52,577 bases of DNA from an uncultured Ruminococcus sp. (GTDB taxonomy: Bacteria > Bacillota > Clostridia > Oscillospirales > Acutalibacteraceae): contig CACYDC010000183.1 in assembly GCA_902773025.1 (NCBI GenBank), forward strand, positions 1-52,577, given 5' to 3'. A model generated the notes under the pieces. The model ran no database searches. It worked only from the letters and a program-made list of their open reading frames with translations, and was not told the DNA's origin. The position numbers and the translations under genes are program-made. Of this stretch, positions 19,642 through 28,902 are shown piece after piece (the stretch's first letter is position 1; every line of letters starts with the position of its first letter).

Positions 19642-20076
19642 ATGCAGCTTAGCGAAAGAGCGGCTTATATCAAAGGATTGATAGAGGGTCTGGAACTTGA
19701 TCCGAAGGATAAGCAGACAAAGGTGTTCAAGCTGATAGCAGAGCTTCTGGGCGATATGGCGCAGGAGATAAAAGAGCTTGAGCAGTGCTATGACGATGTA
19801 TGCGATCAGGTAGACGGAATAAGCGAGGATCTGGCAGGAGTAGAGGATATAATTTACGATGAAGATTATGATAGTGATGATGTAAATTACAGCCGGTCTG
19901 GCACAGATGATGATCTTGCATATGAGGTAACCTGTCCGACTTGTGAGAATGTAGTATATCTGAGCGAGAATTCTTTGAATATGGGCAGCATAAAGTGTCC
20001 TGAATGCGGAGAAGTTCTTGAATTCGATTATAGTGAGGATGAGCTTGACGCACAGGAAGACCCCGCAGAGGAATAA
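19642..20076 (+). CDS. Acidic zinc-ribbon protein of unknown function
   Basis: Two CxxC pairs (CPTCEN ... CPECGE) and a highly acidic composition. RBS GGAGG at 19629-19633. Confidence 0.6.
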   Translation: MQLSERAAYIKGLIEGLELDPKDKQTKVFKLIAELLGDMAQEIKELEQCYDDVCDQVDGISEDLAGVEDIIYDEDYDSDDVNYSRSGTDDDLAYEVTCPTCENVVYLSENSLNMGSIKCPECGEVLEFDYSEDELDAQEDPAEE

Positions 20077-20091
20077 ATAGTTAAACCGCAA

Positions 20092-20131
20092 CGCAGGATC
20101 CTGCCTGGAAAAAGCAGGGTTCTGCGCTTTT
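20092..20131 (+). terminator. Intrinsic terminator after the zinc-ribbon gene, preceded by an AACCGCA motif
   Basis: 13-bp stem CGCAGGATCCTGC / GCAGGGTTCTGCG (two G-T pairs), 9-nt loop, then CTTTTGG. Confidence 0.7.
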
Positions 20132-20148
20132 GGTTAGGAGGAACGAAG

Positions 20149-20859
20149 ATGCTTTTGAATTTGCTCAGATCTGGAAACAGTAATACGCTTACTGTGATAA
20201 TGTATATACTTTCGATACTTCTTACGGTGTTTTTGGTATTGCCGCTGCATGAATGTGCTCACGGATTTGTTGCCCATAAGCTGGGAGATGATACGGCAAA
20301 ACGCGAGGGAAGGATAACACTCAATCCGTTAGTCCATATTGATTACATGGGTGCAGCGCTGATGCTGCTGATAGGTTTCGGATGGGCAAAGCCTGTACCG
20401 GTAGATGCGAGGAAATTCAAAAATCCGAAGGTAGGTATGGCATTGTCTGCGCTTGCCGGGCCGGTATCAAACCTTATAGCTGCGATAGTGGCAGGCCTGA
20501 TACAGAATGCATTGATATTGATGGTTTACAAGCAAGTATTGCCAATAGGTCCGCAAATAGCAGGAAATTCGTTGATGGCATATGTAGTGATATTTTTTGA
20601 ATTTCTTATTACTGTGAATATAGGCCTTGCGGTATTTAATTTTTTGCCGATACCGCCGCTTGACGGATCAAAGATAATGATGGCATTTTTGCCGGATAAG
20701 GCAATAATCTGGATCTATCAGAGGGAGCAATATATTTCTATAGCATTGTTTGTGATAATAATGATGGGCGGATTCAACGGTATACTTGGCGCAGCAGACA
20801 ATATATTTTATAAGTTTATTTCATGGCTTACATGGCTTCCGTATGGATGGGCAGTCTGA
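20149..20859 (+). CDS. Site-2 protease (M50) family membrane metalloprotease
   Basis: HECAHG (HExxH) in TM1, multi-pass membrane protein, and a second conserved LPIPPLDGS motif. Confidence 0.85.
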   Translation: MLLNLLRSGNSNTLTVIMYILSILLTVFLVLPLHECAHGFVAHKLGDDTAKREGRITLNPLVHIDYMGAALMLLIGFGWAKPVPVDARKFKNPKVGMALSALAGPVSNLIAAIVAGLIQNALILMVYKQVLPIGPQIAGNSLMAYVVIFFEFLITVNIGLAVFNFLPIPPLDGSKIMMAFLPDKAIIWIYQREQYISIALFVIIMMGGFNGILGAADNIFYKFISWLTWLPYGWAV

Positions 20860-20871
20860 TAGGAGAAAAAA

Positions 20872-21600
20872 TTGGAAAAAATATCTTACAGATTAGATGC
20901 ATTTGAAGGGCCGCTTGATCTTCTTTTGCATCTTATAGAAAAGAATAAGCTGAATATTTATGATATACTTATATCAGAACTTCTTGATCAGTATATGGCG
21001 CATATGGATATGATGAAGCAGCAGGATCTGGAAATTGCGGGAGAATTTCTGGACATGGCATCTCGTCTGATACAGATAAAATCCGCAATGCTGCTTCCAA
21101 AGTATGAAGAAGCCGAGGAAATGAAGAGGGAACTCTCAGGACAGCTTATTGAATATAAGAAATGTAAGGCGGTAGCGAGGATTCTGTCAGAGAAAATAAG
21201 CTTTGACAGCTATTGCAGGCAGCCTGAAAAGATAAAGGCTGATATGCGGTATAAAAGACAACATGAGCCGCAGTTTCTTGTGGGCGCATATATGGCAGCG
21301 GTGGGAAGAGGAAAAGCAAAGATACCTCCTCCTGAGGAAGCTTTTTCCGGAATCGTAAAAAGACGAATTGTATCAGTCAGTTCAAAAATTATCGGAGTAA
21401 TGAAAAAGCTGTGGAGCGGAAAGAGTCTGAAATATGAAAGCGTTTTTCTTGAAGCATCGGATAAAAGTGAGCTTGTTGCGACATTTCTTGCCGTTCTTGA
21501 ACTGATAAAAGGTAAAAGGGTACGTATAGACGGAGATGAAGGTGAACAGACACTTATTCTTATAAGCGGCGGAAAACGAGGAAGGGAGGAGGCTGACTGA
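20872..21600 (+). CDS. scpA: Segregation and condensation protein A
   Basis: FEGPLDLLLHLIEKNKLNIYDI N-terminus. TTG start. Followed by scpB with a 1-nt overlap. Confidence 0.9.
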   Translation: MEKISYRLDAFEGPLDLLLHLIEKNKLNIYDILISELLDQYMAHMDMMKQQDLEIAGEFLDMASRLIQIKSAMLLPKYEEAEEMKRELSGQLIEYKKCKAVARILSEKISFDSYCRQPEKIKADMRYKRQHEPQFLVGAYMAAVGRGKAKIPPPEEAFSGIVKRRIVSVSSKIIGVMKKLWSGKSLKYESVFLEASDKSELVATFLAVLELIKGKRVRIDGDEGEQTLILISGGKRGREEAD

Positions 21601-22157
21601 TGCAGGAGGAAAAACAAAAACAAGCAGTAGAAGCAATAATATTTGCGTGCGGAACGCCTGTAGAAACAGACAGAATTGCTCAGGCGATTGAAATATCCAA
21701 AAGCAGGGCATATGAGCTGTGCTGTGAGATTATGAAAGAATATAGCGAAAGAAACGGCGGTGTAAGAATAGTACGTTTGGGTGAAAGCTGGCAGATGTGT
21801 ACAGTTGAGGAATTTGCTGATGCTGTAAGAACTGTATTGGATCTGCGAAGGAATACTCCGCTTTCACAGGCGGCAAGTGAAGTGCTTGCAGTAATTGCAT
21901 ACAATCAGCCTGTTACAAAGGCTTTTGTGGAGCAGGTAAGAGGCGTTGACTGTTCAGGGGTAGTGGCAAGTCTTATTTCACGAGAGCTGATAGAAGAAAA
22001 GGGAAGACTTGAGCTTCCGGGCAGACCTCTTGTATACGGCACCACAGAACATTTCCTAAGATGCTTCAATATTTCTTCATTGGATGAATTGCCGCCGCTG
22101 CCGGAAGACAGCGAACAAACAGAAACTTCCGAAAAAGACAGCGGTGAAGAGTTATGA
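21600..22157 (+). CDS. scpB: Segregation and condensation protein B
   Basis: AIIFACGTPV ..., tandem winged-helix pattern and LPGRPLVYGTTEHFL. Confidence 0.9.
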   Translation: MQEEKQKQAVEAIIFACGTPVETDRIAQAIEISKSRAYELCCEIMKEYSERNGGVRIVRLGESWQMCTVEEFADAVRTVLDLRRNTPLSQAASEVLAVIAYNQPVTKAFVEQVRGVDCSGVVASLISRELIEEKGRLELPGRPLVYGTTEHFLRCFNISSLDELPPLPEDSEQTETSEKDSGEEL

Positions 22158-22852
22158 CGGGGCTAAGCATATTTCTTGGAATTATTGCTTTTATTTTGCT
22201 GCTTCTTATGTGCCCTTTTAAGGTGAGTGTTGAATATGAAGAAGAAGTGAAGGTAACGCTGGGATATCTATTTCTGAAATTTGCAGTGGTCCCCAAAAAA
22301 CCAAAAAAGAAAAAGAAGAAAAAATCCCGAAAAGCAGGAAAAAGCAAAAAAGACAATACTCCTGCAAATAGAAATGCAGAAAAGAACCAGGATAGCACAC
22401 CTGAAAAAGATTCTGAACAAAAAAAGCAAAAAGTCAAACCGAAAAAGAAAAATCCTATTCTTGAATATAAGGATAAACATGGCTTGGATGGATTGATTGA
22501 CCTTATCAAAGTCATTGTCGGGATAGTTGTAAATGTTCTGAAAAAAACGGCAAAGCAGCTTGTAATAACCGATCTTGTAATTAATGCAATGATAGTCGGT
22601 GAAGACAGTGCGGATACTGCCTTGAAGTATGGTTATGCCTGTTCGGGAATTTATCCTGCTGTTTCTTTGCTTCAAAGTAATGCAAAGCTAAAAAAACACA
22701 GCGAGGATATAAGCGCGGGCTTCCTTGCAGAGAAAACAGCAGTTGAGTTGCGTTTAAAGGCTAGGATCAGGGTCATATTTTTACTTTGTATTGCTGTTGC
22801 CGCATTGTGGAAGCTGATAGTCACAGTCGTAAAAAAAGAAATGCATAAATAG
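22154..22852 (+). CDS. YtfI-like (DUF2953-type) sporulation membrane protein with lysine-rich insert
   Basis: N-terminal TM helix and a K-rich low-complexity segment. Sits in the conserved position between scpB and ytfJ/gerW. Confidence 0.55.
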   Translation: MTGLSIFLGIIAFILLLLMCPFKVSVEYEEEVKVTLGYLFLKFAVVPKKPKKKKKKKSRKAGKSKKDNTPANRNAEKNQDSTPEKDSEQKKQKVKPKKKNPILEYKDKHGLDGLIDLIKVIVGIVVNVLKKTAKQLVITDLVINAMIVGEDSADTALKYGYACSGIYPAVSLLQSNAKLKKHSEDISAGFLAEKTAVELRLKARIRVIFLLCIAVAALWKLIVTVVKKEMHK

Positions 22853-22881
22853 CGTACCGCAGTTAAAATTATTCCGGTTTA

Positions 22882-23048
22882 AATATTGTACCTTTCTTGT
22901 AACCATTTTAGTAGAATAAACACAAGTTTTTTTGGAAAGGTGTCCGGGGATAACCTTTTTTCAAAAAAAAGGTTTCCTCCGGCAGGGTTTGGGACTCTGT
23001 CCCAATATTCTGAAGAAGGAAGTTGATTTTCATGCACCGGGCGTTAGG
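22882..23048 (-). repeat. Palindromic MITE/REP-like element, copy B (inverted relative to copy A)
   Basis: Its reverse complement aligns by eye with 16145-16312 over about 140 nt, with one ~12-nt indel. It has the same central AACCTTTTTT/AAAAAAGGTT hairpin. Confidence 0.8.
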
Positions 23049-23300
23049 TCAGTGTAAAATAATTCTGGGAGTTTTGAAAGTCACTACCGCATGACTGATA
23101 CGTTGTTACGCAGTTAACTCAGCACCGCGGGATCAACGCTTAAACGCTTACCACGCAGTGAGCGAAGCGAACGAAATCGCGAACACGACAGCGGAGGCAC
23201 TCCGCCGGGTCGAAGCTATTGCAAAAGATGAAAAAATGTAATATACTATATGAGGTATTCAGATATAATTATTTAAAAATTAGATAAGGCGGTGTTTTTA

Positions 23301-23747
23301 ATGAGTGATCATCCGATTCATGGACTAATGGATACTACTCTGGAAAAAATCAAGCAAATGGTCGATGTCAATACGGTGATCGGTAATCCGATCGTTACAC
23401 CTGACGGAACAACGATCATTCCGGTTTCAAAGATAGTTTACGGTTTTGCTTCGGGCGGTTCAGAATTTGCAAGTAAGCACATGACAAACAATAAGCTTTT
23501 TGGCGGCGGCGGCGGCGCAGGAGTTACAATTAATCCTGTTGCTTTTATCGCAATCAGTCACGGAGATGTAAAACTTCTAAATATCACCTCCGATACCAAC
23601 GATAAGGCTATAGCGCTTGTGCCGGAAATGTTCGATAAGATCGTAGCGCTTATCAAAAAGGACAAGTCAAAGGAAAAAACCAAGGATAATACAAAGGAAG
23701 ATCAGCCTGATTCAGCTGCTGAGGGATTAGAAGATCCCGCAGTGTGA
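23301..23747 (+). CDS. ytfJ: GerW/YtfJ family sporulation protein
   Basis: Conserved ...TIIPVSKI.YGFASGG... GGGGGAG.. PVAFI pattern. RBS AAGGCGG. Confidence 0.85.
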   Translation: MSDHPIHGLMDTTLEKIKQMVDVNTVIGNPIVTPDGTTIIPVSKIVYGFASGGSEFASKHMTNNKLFGGGGGAGVTINPVAFIAISHGDVKLLNITSDTNDKAIALVPEMFDKIVALIKKDKSKEKTKDNTKEDQPDSAAEGLEDPAV

Positions 23748-23802
23748 AATCAAGAATTCTTTTCCTCTGCCCCTGCATATAATTTACAAATGCATAAAAG
23801 GG

Positions 23803-24948
23803 GTGGAGGATTTGTTTATCAGAGGGTTCGCGTCAATTCTTTGCGCAGCAGCGCTGCTATGCGGATGTAATACTGAAACAGGTGTGGTAAAAACACAAAT
23901 AGATTCAGATGCCATGCTAAGTGAAAGCATACCTGAATATAAAGAAAACAGAGCGGTTATGGACAGTGCAGCAGCAGCTGTGGTATACTGCTGTGATAAC
24001 GGCGAAATACTTTACGGGCATAATATAAACGACCGCAAAGCAATTGCCAGTATTACAAAGATAATGACTGCTGTAATAGCTCTTGAATATTGTGAAACAG
24101 ACGACAAGGCTGTTAAAATTACCGAGGATATGTATGCAGAAGGATCAAGTATGTATCTCAGGGCAGGAGAAATTCTTAAGCTTAGCGATCTTGTCAGGGG
24201 AATGATGGCAGTTTCAGGAAATGATGCGGCAAATGCGGCGGCAGTGGCGGTTGCAGGAAGCAAGGAAAAATTTGCAGAACTAATGAATAAGAAGGCTATT
24301 GAGCTTGGAATGAAAAATTCACATTTCGTTACGCCTTCGGGATTGGATGATAGTATGCACTACTCAAGTGCATATGATATGGCGCTTCTTAGTTCTTATG
24401 CGATGAAAAACAAAATGTTTCGTGAGATAGTTTCTGAAAGCAATATCACAGTTAACTATGTTAGTCCTGAAAACAAAATTCAGCATTTGCAGAATCATAA
24501 CAGACTGCTGAAGATATGTAAAGGTTGTATCGGGATAAAAACGGGCTATACAATGAAAGCCGGCAGGACACTTACATCATGCGCAGAACGCAATGGTATT
24601 AGATTGGCAATAGTTACCCTTAATGATAGAAATGATTGGAAGGATCATTGTGATCTGTATGATTATGCCTTTGGACTTGTAAGACGAGTTAAGCTTGCTG
24701 ATAAGAATACGACAATAGAAATACCATCTGCTGATAAGAATGACGGAATGATATGTGTATCGCCCGAGCATGATATAATAGTAACACTAAAAAATGAGGA
24801 TGAAGGTAAAACGGAAAAAGAAATATATGTACCTCCTTTTTTGTTTGAGCCATATGAGCATGGTGAAAAAATAGGAAGAATAGAATTTACACTTAACGGA
24901 AAAATTATTGCAAGTGAAAATCTTGTGATCACCCGGGAAAGGAAATAG
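23803..24948 (+). CDS. dacB: D-alanyl-D-alanine carboxypeptidase (S11, DacB-like), probable lipoprotein
   Basis: SITK (SxxK), SGN and KTG motifs in order. N-terminal signal with Cys. The exact start is uncertain. Confidence 0.88.
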   Translation: MEDLFIRGFASILCAAALLCGCNTETGVVKTQIDSDAMLSESIPEYKENRAVMDSAAAAVVYCCDNGEILYGHNINDRKAIASITKIMTAVIALEYCETDDKAVKITEDMYAEGSSMYLRAGEILKLSDLVRGMMAVSGNDAANAAAVAVAGSKEKFAELMNKKAIELGMKNSHFVTPSGLDDSMHYSSAYDMALLSSYAMKNKMFREIVSESNITVNYVSPENKIQHLQNHNRLLKICKGCIGIKTGYTMKAGRTLTSCAERNGIRLAIVTLNDRNDWKDHCDLYDYAFGLVRRVKLADKNTTIEIPSADKNDGMICVSPEHDIIVTLKNEDEGKTEKEIYVPPFLFEPYEHGEKIGRIEFTLNGKIIASENLVITRERK

Positions 24949-24950
24949 AT

Positions 24951-25757
24951 ATGGAAAAAGGAAACGAAAAAATAAGACTTCAGAAAATCATTGCCGATGC
25001 CGGTATAGCGTCGAGGAGAAAGGCAGAGGAATTGATCGATAGGGGTGCTGTTACTGTCAATGGCAGAAAGGCCATGCTTGGAGATAAGGCAGATCCATTT
25101 TCTGACAAGATAACAGTAGCAGGAAGAGAAATAACTCTGAGAAAAAATGCAAAAAAATATTATATAATGCTTCATAAGCCGAGAGGATTCATAACAACAA
25201 TGAATGATGAAGGCGGAAGAAAGTGCGTAGCAGAGCTTGTTGAAGATATTCCGGCAAGGATTTTTCCTGTGGGGAGATTAGACAGAGAATCAGAAGGAAT
25301 GCTTCTTATGACTAATGACGGAGATTTTGCAAATATGATAAGCCATCCGTCAACTCATTTCCCTAAAACATATCGTGTAACTGTTCACCCGGCAATAACT
25401 GATGACCAGCTTACCAGACTTACCACAGGAGTTGTAATAGAAGGCAGGATGTCAATGCCGGCATCTGTAAGGGTAGTAACGGCTGAAAAGGACAGGACGG
25501 TACTCGAGATCGTCCTTGAGGAAGGCCGTAATCGACAGATAAGGAAGATGTGTGAAGCAATCGGTCTGGAAACAGCAAGACTGAAGCGTATAGCAATAGG
25601 TCCGATAAAGCTTGGTATGCTTCAGCCGGGAAAATGGCGTGAGCTTAAGCCGGAGGAAATGAAAAGTATATCTGCATACCAGAAAAAACTAAAGGCAAAA
25701 AATGATACTCAGCGCCGTCAGGAAACAGTGCAGAACCGAAAGAAAAAGGAAAGATGA
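24951..25757 (+). CDS. rluB: RsuA/RluB family pseudouridine synthase
   Basis: S4 domain, GRLDRESEGMLL catalytic Asp motif, NRQIRKM and a basic tail. Confidence 0.9.
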   Translation: MEKGNEKIRLQKIIADAGIASRRKAEELIDRGAVTVNGRKAMLGDKADPFSDKITVAGREITLRKNAKKYYIMLHKPRGFITTMNDEGGRKCVAELVEDIPARIFPVGRLDRESEGMLLMTNDGDFANMISHPSTHFPKTYRVTVHPAITDDQLTRLTTGVVIEGRMSMPASVRVVTAEKDRTVLEIVLEEGRNRQIRKMCEAIGLETARLKRIAIGPIKLGMLQPGKWRELKPEEMKSISAYQKKLKAKNDTQRRQETVQNRKKKER

Positions 25758-26389
25758 GGGTTAGGGTTTACACAAGTTTGCTTGCAAGGTTGCTTTATGG
25801 AAGAAAACTAAGGGAAATGCGCTTTTATCCCAAAAAGGATGAAAGCGGGAGATTTTTTCAGCGTCATATAGACGATAAGGACAGGCAGACTCTCAGAGCG
25901 GTAAAAAGATACTGCCGTCACAGACTGCTGAGGTGCAGTATTAGTGACGACAGAATGATACGAAGCAGTAATTATCGGAATATATTTTTTAAGAATAATG
26001 CAGGGATTTTTGGTGGAGGAGAATACTATCTGTGCGCATATTGCGGAAAACTTCTTACTCGTAAAAAAGTCAGAGTAGATCATATCATACCGGTGTATCT
26101 TGCGGTGAATTCAATGAAATACAGAAGGATACTCAATCTAAAAGGAATTAAAACAGTAAATGATCCGAGAAATCTTACAGCAAGCTGTGCAAAATGCAAC
26201 GGAAGAAAAAGCTCAGACGGCGGAATATGGGTTATAAAGGGATATTTCGGACGTTTGTGGTACAGGGTTGTATTTCGTGAATTGATAGCGCTTGCTGTCG
26301 GAGGAATGATCTTTTATTTATTGTTCACTATCCTTGTGTCATCAGGTTTATATGACCGGTTTTCCGGGATTATACATCATTTTATATAA
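25754..26389 (+). CDS. HNH endonuclease domain protein with C-terminal transmembrane anchor
   Basis: CAYCG ... VDHIIP ... NLTASCAKCNGRKS (HNH/zinc-finger arrangement), then the hydrophobic helix LIALAVGGMIFYLLFTILVSSGL. The ATG overlaps the rluB stop (ATGA). Confidence 0.7.
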   Translation: MRVRVYTSLLARLLYGRKLREMRFYPKKDESGRFFQRHIDDKDRQTLRAVKRYCRHRLLRCSISDDRMIRSSNYRNIFFKNNAGIFGGGEYYLCAYCGKLLTRKKVRVDHIIPVYLAVNSMKYRRILNLKGIKTVNDPRNLTASCAKCNGRKSSDGGIWVIKGYFGRLWYRVVFRELIALAVGGMIFYLLFTILVSSGLYDRFSGIIHHFI

Positions 26390-26473
26390 TAAAAAACGGC
26401 TCCGTTATTGTCTGAACAAAAATGACATAGCGGAGCCGTTCTCAGATTTTTAAGAGCTTTTTTTGCTGTTATA

Positions 26474-27643
26474 TCAGCCGTTTACGATTTTTTCGTTTTT
26501 GAATAATACGCTCAGAATATAGATCGTAATAGCCGTAAATACTACATTTGACAGGCATGTTACGATAACTGAAACAACAGAATAATCCATCTGAAGTATT
26601 TTTTGCATTAAGATCATTGAATTCCAGGCAGGAATAATATAATTCACCGTACCCAGACTGTCAATAAGCTCACTAAAGCTTTCATTCATAGTAAGCATTG
26701 TTCCGACAACAAGTATCATAAGAATGATAGGAGCAATAGTAGTTGCCTGCTTAACATCTTTTGCAAGAGCGGAAATGATCAGCAGAATACCTGTCAATAC
26801 AAAAATCGCGGTAATCGTTACGGCAAATAATTGCAAATACTGACTGGCTGAATAGCTCATATTTTTTTCTATTTTTACTGATTCGGCTAATTTCGGCAAA
26901 GACAGAGCCATTCCAAGGAATGCAGACACACTTCCGATAATCGCCGCAACGAATAAGCTGACGGATTTACCAGTTGCTATCGAGCTTCTTTTGACAGGAG
27001 TGATCAGCATGGTATTAAGAAATCCTTTTTCCTTGTCACCGGCGATCGAGTTCGCAGCAAGATTCATGCATACCATAAATACAGCCATAAATACCATCAT
27101 CGGGAAAATAGTGCTCATCATTCTTCGGAATTCGTATAATTCGTCGCCAAAATTATACTTGATTTTTCCCTCATTGCGGTTGACAGTGAATATTTTAGGC
27201 TGAAGCTCAGCAAGAACGATTTTGGTTTTCTCATATACACCAGTAGACGCTGTGTTGTTTGAATTATACCATATTTCAACGTCAGGCATTTTATCAGGAT
27301 TACCCAATGATTCCGCCATTGAAGAACTAAAATTATCCGGGAAGACTACCAAAAGGTTACATTCTTTATTTTTTATATCTTCCTTTAGTTTATCAATATT
27401 GCTTATATCAGCAGATTTAATGCCCAATTCATCGAAAACTTTACTGAATTCCTCCGGAGCATTAACATAAAAAGCTTTTTCAACTTTTGAAGCTTCTTCA
27501 ACAATTGATGAACTCATTGAACTCATCAAAAGAGAATAGCCGAAAACGATAGCAAAAGGCAGAAGTATTATCTGCATCAGTATGATTTTATCAGTAAAAA
27601 AAGACCGCAATTCTTTTTTAGCAATTGTAATTATGTCCTGCAT
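26474..27643 (-). CDS. ABC-2 type transporter permease (NatB-like, large extracytoplasmic loop after TM1)
   Basis: 389 aa with one TM, a ~150-aa loop, then five TM segments. Lies immediately downstream of an ABC ATPase gene. Confidence 0.8.
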   Translation of the reverse strand: MQDIITIAKKELRSFFTDKIILMQIILLPFAIVFGYSLLMSSMSSSIVEEASKVEKAFYVNAPEEFSKVFDELGIKSADISNIDKLKEDIKNKECNLLVVFPDNFSSSMAESLGNPDKMPDVEIWYNSNNTASTGVYEKTKIVLAELQPKIFTVNRNEGKIKYNFGDELYEFRRMMSTIFPMMVFMAVFMVCMNLAANSIAGDKEKGFLNTMLITPVKRSSIATGKSVSLFVAAIIGSVSAFLGMALSLPKLAESVKIEKNMSYSASQYLQLFAVTITAIFVLTGILLIISALAKDVKQATTIAPIILMILVVGTMLTMNESFSELIDSLGTVNYIIPAWNSMILMQKILQMDYSVVSVIVTCLSNVVFTAITIYILSVLFKNEKIVNG

Positions 27644-27655
27644 AATAAACCTCCT

Positions 27656-28426
27656 TTAATTCTTCTGAGTATATTTCAGATAATAATCATAGAAAGCATC
27701 CTCAAGAGGTCTGCCCTGCATAAGATTTTCGAGAGTATCGTCGATGACAATTTTTCCGTCAATAATCATAGCAGCCCTGTCGCACACCTTTTCGACCAGA
27801 TCAAACAGATGAGTTGAGATTATAACGCATTTTCCTTCTTTTTTCATTCTGAGAATAAATTCCCTTACATCTCTGGCAGCGATAATATCAAGTCCATTGG
27901 TAGGTTCATCAAAGATAATAAACTGTGGATCGTGAATTACAGAAATAACAAGGGATACCTTTTGCTTCTGCCCCTGAGAAAGCTTGCTTATTTTAGTATC
28001 CGCGAATTCATTGATACCAAAGCCGTCAAAAAGTTCTTTTTTTCTTTCCATAGCTTTATCTTTGGGAATGTGATAAAGTTCAGCGAAAAAGTCATACATA
28101 CTGCTTGCAGTAGATTTGATATCAAGTTTAAGATCAGCAGTGAGGAAAGCGAGTGAAGCTCTTACCTTTTCGGGAGATTTCACCGCACTGATATTATTGA
28201 ACATAGCATCTCCGCTGTCGGGTTTGATAAGAGTAGCAAGCATACGCATAGTTGTTGTTTTTCCTGCGCCGTTAGGTCCGAGCAGACCGAATACCTCACC
28301 GGATCTTGCTATAAATGAGATGCCGTTTACGGCGATCTTTTTCTTTTCATCAAGATCGAGAGCTTTTCTTTGCTGTTCGCTGATCGTAAAGGTTTTTACG
28401 AGATTTTTAGCTTCAAGAATTTCCAT
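27656..28426 (-). CDS. ABC transporter ATP-binding protein
   Basis: Walker A GPNGAGKTT, Q-loop, signature LSQGQKQK and Walker B IIFDEPTNGLD. Start at MEILEAK behind GGAGG. Confidence 0.92.
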   Translation of the reverse strand: MEILEAKNLVKTFTISEQQRKALDLDEKKKIAVNGISFIARSGEVFGLLGPNGAGKTTTMRMLATLIKPDSGDAMFNNISAVKSPEKVRASLAFLTADLKLDIKSTASSMYDFFAELYHIPKDKAMERKKELFDGFGINEFADTKISKLSQGQKQKVSLVISVIHDPQFIIFDEPTNGLDIIAARDVREFILRMKKEGKCVIISTHLFDLVEKVCDRAAMIIDGKIVIDDTLENLMQGRPLEDAFYDYYLKYTQKN

Positions 28427-28853
28427 AATGATCCTCCTCATTTTTTGATTTAACGGGAATTACATGTGAATAAGCATATGAAATTATGGCATTAAAAAGC
28501 AGAAGTACAGGAATTGCGATATAAGAAACGATACTGACGAGAAGTAATGCAGACAGAATAATAAGTGAACCGCAGATCATCATGCACTTGCCGACAAAGA
28601 TATTAATTTTACGAACAATACGAGGTGAAATAACGCTTTGATCTCGATTAAAAGAATTTTTTTCACTGTTGTACAGTTTAGGCTGAAAATTACCGATAAT
28701 TAAAAATAAGATTCCAAGAAAGATAATTGTTATTATTCCTGAATCAATGTATACACCGCGATACGCAGAATAAAGATCAAGAAAAACATTGATATCAACT
28801 ATAGGAGCAGTTGCTGTTACCCCTATAAAATAGTAATTATCATAGTTTTTCAT
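28413..28853 (-). CDS. Small multi-pass membrane protein of unknown function
   Basis: 146 aa with about four hydrophobic helices. Sits in the operon between the regulator and the ABC genes. Confidence 0.55.
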   Translation of the reverse strand: MKNYDNYYFIGVTATAPIVDINVFLDLYSAYRGVYIDSGIITIIFLGILFLIIGNFQPKLYNSEKNSFNRDQSVISPRIVRKINIFVGKCMMICGSLIILSALLLVSIVSYIAIPVLLLFNAIISYAYSHVIPVKSKNEEDHYGNS

Positions 28854-28902
28854 TACAGCTGAGTTTCGGTCATTATTTGTTATTATTTTTCGTTTAATAT
28901 AG

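Noticed and set aside
19615-20091. 158-aa minus-strand ORF
   Set aside because: It mirrors the plus-strand zinc-ribbon ORF, which has CxxC pairs and an RBS. The antisense product is Ile/Leu/Tyr-rich with no motifs.
22066-22675. Minus-strand ORFs of 149 and 135 aa, and a 71-aa plus-strand ORF over the lysine-rich region
   Set aside because: These are artefacts of the A-rich, low-complexity coding stretch of the ytfI-like gene. The antisense Phe-rich frames simply stay open.
23030-23092. 20-aa ORF (MHRALGQCKIILGVLKVTTA) with an SD-like sequence inside repeat copy B
   Set aside because: It is not conserved in copy A, where the equivalent frame stops after 7 codons. It is probably fortuitous.
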